DNA of 64,000 nt from an uncultured delta proteobacterium. GTDB lineage: Bacteria > Desulfobacterota > Syntrophobacteria > Syntrophobacterales > Syntrophobacteraceae. A program made the translations under genes and the position numbers. The stretch spans positions 1 to 64,000 of the forward strand of contig CAWEHK010000029.1 in NCBI GenBank assembly GCA_963808625.1, in the 5' to 3' direction. The notes below the pieces were generated by a model. The model was not told the DNA's origin and did not search any database. It saw only the letters and a list, made by a program, of their open reading frames with translations. Positions within the stretch are counted from its first letter, which is position 1; every line of letters starts with the position of its first letter. Shown piece by piece: positions 9,937 to 19,014 of the stretch.

Positions 9937-10875
9937 TTAGATGAACGAACTGATCAGAACGATGATGAACATGGTCAGGGGGTAGTAGCTGGCTCGGTTG
10001 AAGAGGGCTGATGCCTGCGCGACTGCTTGCGTTTTGGCAAGCCTGCCGGCAGGGATGATCAGCAGGAAGTAGCCGGTGAGGAAAGCCCCGGGCAGATAAA
10101 GGAAATTCAGGGCGGCCGGGGTTACCCAGAAGAGCAGGAGACTGAACGCAATGGCGCCGGCGAGGCTGTAAGACACGATGCGGGAAGCGCTTTCAGCCCC
10201 AAAGTGGACGGGAACCGTGCACGCCGAAAGATCGCGGTCTTGATCCAGGTCCGTAAGGTCGTTGGGCACGTTTTGTCCGCCCACTTCCCAGCAGAGCAGC
10301 CAGGCAAAAAGCACGAGCAGAAAACTGAGCGAGGGATTGGGTTCCACGGCAAAAACCGCGGCGATACCGCCGGCCGTCTTCACCACGCCGCTGAACAGGA
10401 TGCGCAGATGGCTGACTCTGAACATCAGGCAGTACACCGTTTCAGCCAGGCAGCCCGCGAGAAAGACCAGGGCGCAAACGGGGTTCAAGAGCAGGGCGCC
10501 GACCAGGGCGATCCCCGCCCAGCCCGAGGTCCACAGAATCGCTTCCTTCAGGCTGAGCAGCCCCTGTGCCAGAGGATGCCGCACGTACACCGCATCCAGG
10601 TCGTAGGTCGAGCAGGGGAGTCCGCACTTCCGGATCTTTTCCCGGTCCACCCGGTAATCCACCAGGTCATTCAAGGCATAGACCGCAGTGTATCCGGCAA
10701 AGGCGGTCAAGAAACCCAGGATGACAATCCGCGGAGCGGGGACGTTCCCGAGCCAGAGCATGGCTGCAAGAGCTGGTGTTGCCAGATCCAACAGCGCATG
10801 GGGGGTCCTCGAAAGCGCAAAAAAAAGCTTGATGCGTGAGAAACCGGAATAGGCTCCAAGGGCTGTGCTGTCCAA
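9937..10875 (-). CDS. UbiA family prenyltransferase
   Basis: Multi-TM protein with YALNDLVDYRVD and NDLTDLDQD Asp-rich motifs. Confidence 0.9.
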   Translation of the reverse strand: MDSTALGAYSGFSRIKLFFALSRTPHALLDLATPALAAMLWLGNVPAPRIVILGFLTAFAGYTAVYALNDLVDYRVDREKIRKCGLPCSTYDLDAVYVRHPLAQGLLSLKEAILWTSGWAGIALVGALLLNPVCALVFLAGCLAETVYCLMFRVSHLRILFSGVVKTAGGIAAVFAVEPNPSLSFLLVLFAWLLCWEVGGQNVPNDLTDLDQDRDLSACTVPVHFGAESASRIVSYSLAGAIAFSLLLFWVTPAALNFLYLPGAFLTGYFLLIIPAGRLAKTQAVAQASALFNRASYYPLTMFIIVLISSFI

Positions 10876-10968
10876 GACCTTCTCCTGTAAGCTGGGTTCA
10901 CTGAGATAAGAGCCAATTCAGAAAGGTCGCGGCAAAGTGCCGCTCCTACAGACAGCAGGTTCTAAACC

Positions 10969-12349
10969 TTAACGAGTATATATCTTCGAGAGGGCCTTTT
11001 CGACCTCTTCTTCCGAGAGCAGCTTCTTGCTGAGCACGATTTCGCGAATGGTTCTGCCCGTGCGGTAGGCCTCTTTCGCGATTTCCGATGCGCGGTCGTA
11101 GCCGATCAGGGGGACGAGATAAGTGGCCAGGGCCAGGCTCCGTTCGATGTTCGCAGCGCATCGGTCAGCATTGGCCGAAATTCCCTCGATACACTTGCCC
11201 GCAAAAAGCGTTGCCGCCGAAGTGAGCAGGCTGATCGACTGCAGCAGGTTATAGGCGATGAGCGGCAGCATGGTGTTGAGCTCGAAGTACCCGCCCTGGC
11301 AGCCAAGACTGATCGCCGCATCATTGCCGATCACCTGGGCGGCCACTTGGATGACGACTTCCGGAATGACCGGGTTGACCTTGCCGGGCATGATCGAAGA
11401 CCCCGGCTGCAGGGAAGGCAGGTTGATTTCGCCGAGGCCGCATCGTGGTCCCGATGCCAGCCAGCGGATATCGTTGGCGATCTTGCTGAGACTGACGCGC
11501 CAGGCTCTTCAACGCGCCGCTGGCTTCCGCCGCCGCATCCTGCGCCGCCTGCGCCTCAAAATGATCTTTCGCTTCGACGAAAGAACAGCCGGTTTCTGCC
11601 GAAATCAGGGCAATCACCCTCGGTGCAAACTCCGGGTGGGCGTTCACGCCGTTGCCCACCGCCGTGCCCCCGAGAGCCAATTCGGCAAGCGATTCCTCCG
11701 TGGCCCCGATCCGTTTGATGCCCAGTTCCACCTGGCGAGCGTAGCCTCCAAACTCCTGGCCGAGCCTGATGGGGACGGCGTCCTGGAGGTGCGTCCTGCC
11801 GATTTTGACGATCTCGCGGAATTCCTGCGACTTCTGTTCCAGGCTCCGGTGAAGCACGGTGAGGGATGGAAGAAGCCGGTTCTTGATTTCGGTCAGGGCG
11901 GCGATGTGAATCACCGAAGGAATGACGTCGTTGCTCGACTGGCACAAATTGACGTGGTCGTTGGGGTGAACCGGAGATTTTCCGCCTCTTCTGCCGGTAA
12001 GTATTTCATTGGCGCGCCCGGCGATCACTTCGTTGGCATTCATGTTGGTAGAAGTGCCGGAACCGGTTTGAAAGACATCGAGCGGGAACTGCCGGTCGAG
12101 CTTCCCCTCAACGACTTCCTGGGCGGCGGTGAGGATGGCTTCAGCCAGATGGCTCTCCAGCAGCCCCAGTTCCCGGTTGACGACCGCCGCGCATTTCTTG
12201 ACCAGGCCCAAAGCCCTAAGAAACGATGCCGGAAAGGTAAGCCCGCTCACCGGGAAATTGTCAATCGCCCGCTGCGTCTGAGCGCCGTAGTAAGCGTCCT
12301 CGGGGACGAAGACGGCCCCGAGAGCGTCTTCCTCTTTCCGGTATTGCAT
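10969..12349 (-). CDS. fumC: class II fumarate hydratase (frameshift near 11495)
   Basis: QTGSGTSTNMN, GRTHLQDA and GSSIMPGKVNP signatures across two frames. Confidence 0.92.
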
Positions 12350-12408
12350 GGGCAACCTCCCGTGGCGGGTTGGAAAACCCGCCCTCCTTTAACTGCCGGG
12401 CACTGTAC

Positions 12409-12523
12409 CACTAATCACTGACCACTAACCACTCAACCACTCACCCCTCATCACTCATCACTCATCACTCGTTACTCATCACTGACCACTGACCACTAGC
12501 CACTAATCACTAGCCACTAATCA
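12409..12523. repeat. degenerate heptamer tandem repeat (CACTNAY), about 16 units
   Basis: cactaat cactgac cactaac...cactcat cactcat...cactagc cactaat. Overlaps the SSADH stop codon. Confidence 0.9.
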
Positions 12524-13898
12524 CTTCCACCGCCTGCCCCACGACTACGGTCTTTACATTGACAAATTCCAGCAGCCCGTAGCGGGAGAGTTCTCTTCCC
12601 ACTCCGGATTTCTTCACGCCGCCGAAGGGCAGTCTCGGGTCTGATTTGACGATATTGTTGATGGCGATGAAACCGGCTTTGATATGTCGGGACAGCTCCT
12701 CCGCCCGGCCGCTGCGGCCGCTCCAGATCGAGGCCCCGAGGCCAAATTCGGTAGCGTTGGCCAGTTCGATGATTTCCTGCTCATCGCGCGCGACGATGAT
12801 CGGCGCCAGCGGCCCGAACACTTCCTCCCGCAGCACCCGCATGTCCCGGGTCACTTCTGTGAGCACTGCCGGCTGGAAGAAGAAGCCCTTGCCCGCAGGC
12901 GGCTTCGGACCGTAAGCTACCTTTGCGCCTTTGTGCAAGGCGTCGGCAAGTTGGCCTTCGAGCTCTTCAACCAGGTCTTTCCTGGCCAGGGGTCCCAGAT
13001 CGGTTTCTTCCTCGAGGGGGTTCCCGATCCTGGCGGCCCTGAGATTCGCCGTGAACCGTTCCTGAAATTCGGCCGCTGCGGCTTCCATGACGATGAGCCT
13101 CTTGGCGGCCAGGCAGCTTTGCCCCGTGTTGGCGGTCCTGGCCCGTACGGCCTTGGCGGCGGCCTCCTCAACGTCAGCATCATCCAGGACGATGAACGGG
13201 TCGGAACCGCCGAGTTCGAGCACCAGTTTCTTGATCCTCCTGCCGGCCAGCGAGCCGATCTTCGATCCTGCGGCCACGCTGCCGGTGAGCGAAACGCCGT
13301 CCACCTGGTCGCGATCGATGAGCTCTCCTGCCGTCCCGGCATCGGTCAAGAGCGTCTGAAAGATGCCGTCGGGAAAACCGATTTCGCGAAAAAGCCTGGC
13401 GATTTCCAGCGCGGCCATGGGGACGTTGGAGGCATGCTTGAGGAGGCAGGCGTTGCCCGCGATCATGGTCGGGATCGCAAACCTCAGAACCTGCCAGAAA
13501 GGGTAGTTCCAGGGCATGATCCCGAGGATGACGCCGAGGGGTTCAAACGTGACGTAGCTTTTCTCCGCTCCCGTCGCGATGATATCGTCTTGCAGGAAGT
13601 GGTGGGAATGCTGCATATAATAGTGGCAGAGCAGGATGCATTTGTCGATCTCCGAAACCGCTTGCCTTATGGGTTTTCCCATCTCCTGAGTGATGAGTCG
13701 AGCATAGAGTTGCTTCCCCTTTTCAAGCCCGGCAATAACCCTTTGCATGAACCCGGCGCGCTCAGCCACTGAGAGGCTTTGCCATTCAGGGAGGGCGGCC
13801 CTCGCCCGCCTGACCGCAGCCTCGCACCGGTCGAAGGCAAGCGTGTCAAATTCTCCGTTTATCTCTTCCGTATAGGGGTTGATGGAAACCAATTTCAT
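12510..13898 (-). CDS. NAD(P)-dependent succinate-semialdehyde dehydrogenase (ALDH)
   Basis: MPWNYP, LKHASNVP, LELGGSDP, GQSC and EEVFGP. Confidence 0.9.
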   Translation of the reverse strand: MKLVSINPYTEEINGEFDTLAFDRCEAAVRRARAALPEWQSLSVAERAGFMQRVIAGLEKGKQLYARLITQEMGKPIRQAVSEIDKCILLCHYYMQHSHHFLQDDIIATGAEKSYVTFEPLGVILGIMPWNYPFWQVLRFAIPTMIAGNACLLKHASNVPMAALEIARLFREIGFPDGIFQTLLTDAGTAGELIDRDQVDGVSLTGSVAAGSKIGSLAGRRIKKLVLELGGSDPFIVLDDADVEEAAAKAVRARTANTGQSCLAAKRLIVMEAAAAEFQERFTANLRAARIGNPLEEETDLGPLARKDLVEELEGQLADALHKGAKVAYGPKPPAGKGFFFQPAVLTEVTRDMRVLREEVFGPLAPIIVARDEQEIIELANATEFGLGASIWSGRSGRAEELSRHIKAGFIAINNIVKSDPRLPFGGVKKSGVGRELSRYGLLEFVNVKTVVVGQAVEVISG

Positions 13899-14037
13899 GA
13901 TCTATTCCTCATGCGCAGCGTGGAACGAGATGCAAAGCAGTTCGAAAGTGAGTCAGGGGTCTCCCCATCCCCGCGTCTCCGCATCAGTGTTGGCCTGGGT
14001 ACAGCGCAACAGAATAAAGTGCCCTCAATCTCAGGAC

Positions 14038-14115
14038 GTCATTCCCGCATGCTCTCAGCGGGAATCCAGAGAATTTGCAGAGCCTGGATTCCTGCCAGAA
14101 GCATGCGGGAATGAC
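14038..14115. repeat. REP-like palindrome pair
   Basis: GTCATTCCCGCATG...GGAATCCAG / CTGGATTCC...GCGGGAATGAC. Confidence 0.75.
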
Positions 14116-14153
14116 AATTCGAATTCGGACACTCATTCATGCATGCCCTACCA

Positions 14154-14286
14154 AGGGGGCGTCCAAAAAAATAAAAGGCCTTCTTTTGACCACGAAGAAC
14201 ACGAAGAGCACGAAGAAATCACTTCGTGTTCTTCATGGTTCGAAAAAGGGCTGAAATGAGTGCCAGTTGTTTTTGGACAGTTTTTA
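14154..14286. repeat. dispersed MITE-like repeat with a CACGAAGAA nonamer hairpin (second copy at 43574-43720)
   Basis: Shared order GGGGGCGT-An...CACGAAGAACACGAAG...GTGTTCTTC...GGCTGAAATGAGTGC...TTYTYGGRCAGTT. Confidence 0.7.
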
Positions 14287-15483
14287 AGGCGATGCCCTCT
14301 CTTCCAGTGGTTCAAAGGCACAGCCGATCGGGCCGCAGTAATCGCCGACATATTCCGCCGCAGGTCGGTAGAGGGCGGGTTTTCCCTGGGCTTCGGCGAA
14401 TTTTTCTTCGATGATGTGAGCACACCAGCCGGCGACGCGCGAGATGGCAAAGACCGGAGTCATGAGGTCGGTCGGAATGCCCATCATGGAGTAAACCGAG
14501 CCGCTGTAGAAGTCCACGTTCGACTTGATACCGGTCTTGCCCAGCGAGGAAAACTCCCGCTCGGCGACCTCGTCGATCGTGGTCAGAATACGATACCAGT
14601 TTTCGTGACCTGTCTTTCGCCCCAATTCCTGCGACATCCGCTTCAAGATTTTCGAACGGGGGTCGATGGTTTTGTAGACCGCATGTCCCATGCCCATGAT
14701 CTTTTCGCCTCTGGCCAGGCGCTGTTTGACCCAAGCCGCTACATCGTCTTCAGATTTTGTCTGGGCTTCGACCTCGGAGAGCATTTCCATGACCTGAGCG
14801 TTGGCACCACCGTGCAAAGCTCCCGAGAGCGCGCCGACCCCGGCCGAAACCCCCGCGTACATGTGCGCCTGGGTTGAAACCACTTCGCGGCAGGCAAAAG
14901 TTGAGGCATTGAAGGTATGGTCCGCATGCAGGACCAGGCAGATATCCAGATTGCGAGCCATCTCCGCATCGGGTGTCTCGCCGCCGAGCTGCCACAGAAA
15001 ATTGGCGGCGTGGGAGAGACTGTCATCGGAGGGCAGGGGTTCCTTACCGTTCCTGATCCGATGCCAGGCGGCAATGACCGCAGGCAGGCGGGCAATGAGC
15101 CTCACTGCTTTGCGATGGTTGGCCTCTTTGCTTTCAACCGCAAGGTCCGGATCGGCCAAGCCCAGAAGAGGCACCGTGGCCTGAAGAACGTCCATCGGGA
15201 CGGCGGTTTTGGGGATGTTCTTCAGCGCGTCATAGACGAATTGCGGAACCTGTCGGGCAGCGACGAGGCGCTGGTTAAATCCCTCCAACTCAGCTTTCGT
15301 CGGGAGCGTGCCTTCCAAAAGCAGAAAGGCGGTTTCCGCGAATGACGACCGCTCCGCGAGCTCTTCGATGCGAAAGCCACGGTAAATGAGGATGCCATGT
15401 TCGCCGTCGATATAGCTGATCTTCGTATCAGCCACCTTCACGCCCCTTAAACCGGTGTTCTTCAAACGCACTTCAGCTTCCAT
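14284..15483 (-). CDS. gltA: citrate (or 2-methylcitrate) synthase
   Basis: HADHTFNASTF, LHGGAN, MGMGHAVYK and NVDFYSG. Confidence 0.9.
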   Translation of the reverse strand: MEAEVRLKNTGLRGVKVADTKISYIDGEHGILIYRGFRIEELAERSSFAETAFLLLEGTLPTKAELEGFNQRLVAARQVPQFVYDALKNIPKTAVPMDVLQATVPLLGLADPDLAVESKEANHRKAVRLIARLPAVIAAWHRIRNGKEPLPSDDSLSHAANFLWQLGGETPDAEMARNLDICLVLHADHTFNASTFACREVVSTQAHMYAGVSAGVGALSGALHGGANAQVMEMLSEVEAQTKSEDDVAAWVKQRLARGEKIMGMGHAVYKTIDPRSKILKRMSQELGRKTGHENWYRILTTIDEVAEREFSSLGKTGIKSNVDFYSGSVYSMMGIPTDLMTPVFAISRVAGWCAHIIEEKFAEAQGKPALYRPAAEYVGDYCGPIGCAFEPLEERASP

Positions 15484-15540
15484 ATCGTCAAACCCTCCCC
15501 ATGGTTGTGGCTCAAAACGGCGGTTGTGATTGGTTTGCTG

Positions 15541-17472
15541 CTATTGGTTCTCTTTCACATAATTCATGGCGCCCCCTGCCAGCAGATACCTGCGCTCGAG
15601 GTCGGACACCTGCAGCAAGGTTACGATACGCTTCCCTTCGACTTCCACCGGAATTTCGACGTCGCCTCGTGCAATGCGCTCTCTCACCTGAGGGAACACC
15701 AGTTGCGATCCTTTGCGCAGCAAATCGTAGTCCCGAACGTCCTTGAATGTCAAAGGAAGGATGCCAAAATTGCACAGATTAGCTCGGTGGATGCGCGCAA
15801 AACTCTTGGCGATCTTGGCGCGAACTCCGAGGTACCGGGGCGCCAGCGCGGCATGTTCACGACTGGAGCCCTGACCGTAATTGTCACCGCCAATGACGGC
15901 CACCATCCCCTTTTCCTTGCATTCTTGGGCAAAGCCGGGATCGAGTTGAGAGTAGACAAACTCGCTCAGGGCTTCGATATTGGATCGCAGGGGCAAAATC
16001 TTGCTGCCCGCCGGCATGATTGCGTCCGTAGAGATGTTGTCGCCAACCTTGATCACGACCTCGATCTCGAGGGTTTCGGGAAGGGCGTCCATAGCCGGGA
16101 GGGGCTTGATGTTGGGTCCTCGAACGACTTCCGTGTGTCGTAATTCATCCGAAGGAGAGATAATCGAATTCTCGTCGATGATGTATTTGGGCGGGTCCGT
16201 GATCCGCGGATAGGGCATTTCCGAAGAAAGCTCCCGGGGGTCCGTGATGACTCCCCTGAGCGCTGCTGCCGCAACCGTTTCCGGGGAACAGAGATAGACC
16301 TGATCGCCTTCGGTCCCCGACCTTCCGGGAAAGTTCCGGGGCATGGTGCGAAGGCTCACTTCGCCGGTGCCCGGGGCCTGCCCCATGCCGATGCACCCGA
16401 GACAGCCCGGTTCATGGATTCTGGCCCCGGCCCTGAGGAGCATCATGATGCCCCCGTGCGCGGCCACGTTTGCCAGCACCTGCCGGCTCCCGGGATTGAC
16501 GTGGAACGATGTATCGGGATGGCAGTGGCGTCCTTCCACGATCCTGGCGACCACCATGAGGTCCCGAAAGGAAGAGTTCACGCTGCTGCCGACGATGACC
16601 TGGTCGACTTTGATTCCCGCCACCTCGCGCACACGCACGACATTTCCCGGAGAAGAAGGGCAGGCAATGAGGGGTTCCAAGGTGGAAAGATCGATCACAT
16701 CATGCTCATCATATTCGGCGCCGTCGTCGGCATGAAGCTCGCTCCAGAGGTGACCGCGCTCCTGTGCTTCGAGATAGATGCGCGTATTCTCGTCTGATGG
16801 GAAGATGGTGCTGGTGGCTCCCAGCTCCGTTCCCATGTTGCCGATGGTTTCACGGTCGGTTGCGGACAGGCTTTTGACTCCGGGCCCATAATACTCGACC
16901 ACTTTGCCGACGCACCCCTTGACCCCGTAACGGCGCAGCATTTCGAGGATCACATCCTTGGCGCTCACCCAGTCCGGAAGCTCGCCGGTAAGCTTCACTC
17001 CCAGCACGCGGGGACACGGGAAATGATACGGATAACCGGCCATGGCCAGGGCGACGTCAAGCCCGCCGGCGCCAATGCCCAGCATGGAAATCCCCGCGGC
17101 CCCGGGAGTGTGGCTGTCGGACCCGAGGAGGGTCTTTCCGGGAATTCCGAAACGTTCCATGTGGACCTGGTGAGAGATACCGTTTCCTGCCGGGCTGAAG
17201 TGGATTCCGTAGCGTGCCGAAGCGCTCTGAAGGTACTTGTGGTCATCGGCGTTCTTGTGATCGGTTTGGAGAATATTATGGTCCACATATTGGACAGCCG
17301 GTTCGGCTTTGACGCAGCCAACTCCCAGCGCTTCAAATTCCAGCATGGCCATGGTCCCGGTGGCATCCTGGAGAAGCGTCTGGTCGATTTTGATCGCAAT
17401 TTCCTCTCCAACCGTCAGGCGTCCCGCCACCAGGTGATCTTCAAGGATTTTCCTGGTTAGATTTTTACGCAA
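15541..17472 (-). CDS. aconitate hydratase
   Basis: QDATGTM, GSDSHT, CLGCIGMG and NYGQGSSREHAA. Confidence 0.92.
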   Translation of the reverse strand: MRKNLTRKILEDHLVAGRLTVGEEIAIKIDQTLLQDATGTMAMLEFEALGVGCVKAEPAVQYVDHNILQTDHKNADDHKYLQSASARYGIHFSPAGNGISHQVHMERFGIPGKTLLGSDSHTPGAAGISMLGIGAGGLDVALAMAGYPYHFPCPRVLGVKLTGELPDWVSAKDVILEMLRRYGVKGCVGKVVEYYGPGVKSLSATDRETIGNMGTELGATSTIFPSDENTRIYLEAQERGHLWSELHADDGAEYDEHDVIDLSTLEPLIACPSSPGNVVRVREVAGIKVDQVIVGSSVNSSFRDLMVVARIVEGRHCHPDTSFHVNPGSRQVLANVAAHGGIMMLLRAGARIHEPGCLGCIGMGQAPGTGEVSLRTMPRNFPGRSGTEGDQVYLCSPETVAAAALRGVITDPRELSSEMPYPRITDPPKYIIDENSIISPSDELRHTEVVRGPNIKPLPAMDALPETLEIEVVIKVGDNISTDAIMPAGSKILPLRSNIEALSEFVYSQLDPGFAQECKEKGMVAVIGGDNYGQGSSREHAALAPRYLGVRAKIAKSFARIHRANLCNFGILPLTFKDVRDYDLLRKGSQLVFPQVRERIARGDVEIPVEVEGKRIVTLLQVSDLERRYLLAGGAMNYVKENQ

Positions 17473-17834
17473 CTCAGACCTCCTTGCCGAAGGTTACCGC
17501 CAACCTGCTCGCAATGCTCCCGCCGGCCCAATTGTTGTTAAAACGTACACTTCTCGAACGAACCCAACAATTGAACCTATGATTTCCAAAGAATAAAGTC
17601 AATCGCCCAGTGGTGACAGATTGTCAGGCTTGAACGAATCCCGCTGAATCATTACAAAGTTATGCTGTTCCGAAGCGTTATCTTGTCGTTTGAAAAAAGC
17701 AGCGAGGCAAATCAGAAGCACGGTGTCGAGGGGGGCTGGTCATAACCCGGGAAAGTGCAGATTATGACCAGTCCGCGCTAAAACGTTCACCATGAAGTTT
17801 GGAGAGGGACCCAAACGGTCCGAAGAGGGATGCC

Positions 17835-18107
17835 CTATTTTACCTTTTCACTCAAGCTCTTTCCGGGCTTAAATTTAACCACCTTCGAGGCAGGGATGGT
17901 GATCTTCTCACCCGTTCTCGGGTTACGACCCTCGCGCGCAGACCTTGTTCCAACGCTAAACGTTCCAAAACCCACGAGAGTGATCTTTTCACCCTCGGCA
18001 AGTGCCGCGGACACCGCAGCGACAAAACCATCAACAGCCTTCTCAGCCTGAGCCTTGGTGATTTTGCTGTCTCCAGCAACTTTCGCAACCAAATCTGCTT
18101 TTGTCAT
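17835..18107 (-). CDS. hup: DNA-binding protein HU
   Basis: MTKADLV, GFGTF and GRNPRTGE. Confidence 0.95.
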   Translation of the reverse strand: MTKADLVAKVAGDSKITKAQAEKAVDGFVAAVSAALAEGEKITLVGFGTFSVGTRSAREGRNPRTGEKITIPASKVVKFKPGKSLSEKVK

Positions 18108-18621
18108 TCTCTTTCCTCCTCCGTTTGCTCAATACTCTGAAAAAAACAACCCCACCCGGCATGTTCCTGTTGCCTTACCACCTTCCTTTCCGACAGCATA
18201 AAGCCCAAAATACTGCTCTGTGTATCATAAGAGGCTTCAAATGCGGACCCTGTTGTTCTTCCAGCACTTTAAGGAATACTTAAACAAACCTGGTAATATA
18301 CTCGCACCATGGGTGCCATGCCCCATAATATCGTGCCGTGCGCTTCGCGGAGGGCCCCATCCGTTGCCGCTGGTCCACAACCTCAGATTTCCTCTGTCCC
18401 TCAGATTGCGAGCATTCTAAAGACATGTTTTTTGAAAAACAACAGTTTTTATAGGGCTGGCAATGCATCTGCACATTTTTTTGCTTACGCCGGGAGGTCT
18501 CCGCTCGGAGAGCATCGAGGGGATGGTTTTTCGTTGACGGACAACGAAGCACATGGTAGCCTAAAAGGGTCTGGTGGAGTCGCGAGATCCTGATCTTAAC
18601 TGAAGAATGACGGAGGGAAAC

Positions 18622-18906
18622 ATGGCTATTCGAGTATTGATTGAGAGAGAAATTCAGCCGGGCAACGATCTGAAGCTTCATAACCTGCTTATGCAGTTGC
18701 GTACCAAAGCAATGCTCCAGAAGGGTTATATCACGGGAGAAACTCTCAGAGACGTTAGCAGCGCGAACAAGTTCCTCGTTATCGGCACGTGGAACAGCAT
18801 CGAAGACTGGAACGCGTGGCTGGCCAATGCAGAACGCAAGAAGCTCCAGGAAGAACTTGAGAAACTTTTGAAAGGCCCAGAGAAAGCTACCATTTATACC
18901 TACTAA
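18622..18906 (+). CDS. antibiotic biosynthesis monooxygenase (ABM) family protein
   Basis: GYITGETL...FLVIGTWNSIEDWNAW. GGAGG RBS. Confidence 0.8.
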   Translation: MAIRVLIEREIQPGNDLKLHNLLMQLRTKAMLQKGYITGETLRDVSSANKFLVIGTWNSIEDWNAWLANAERKKLQEELEKLLKGPEKATIYTY

Positions 18907-19014
18907 CATCTGCACTCTGCACCAGCGAAACCGAGACCAATATTAGGTGAAATCTCGCTCCCAGTTGTCCGGCGGAGACTTGTGCGGTCTCTGCCGGACC
19001 TCGGTTACGCCCCC

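Noticed and set aside
12409..12523. Repeat tracts (also 43608 and 45097) as CRISPR arrays
   Set aside because: The units are 7-9 bp tandem repeats without unique spacers, and no cas genes are present.
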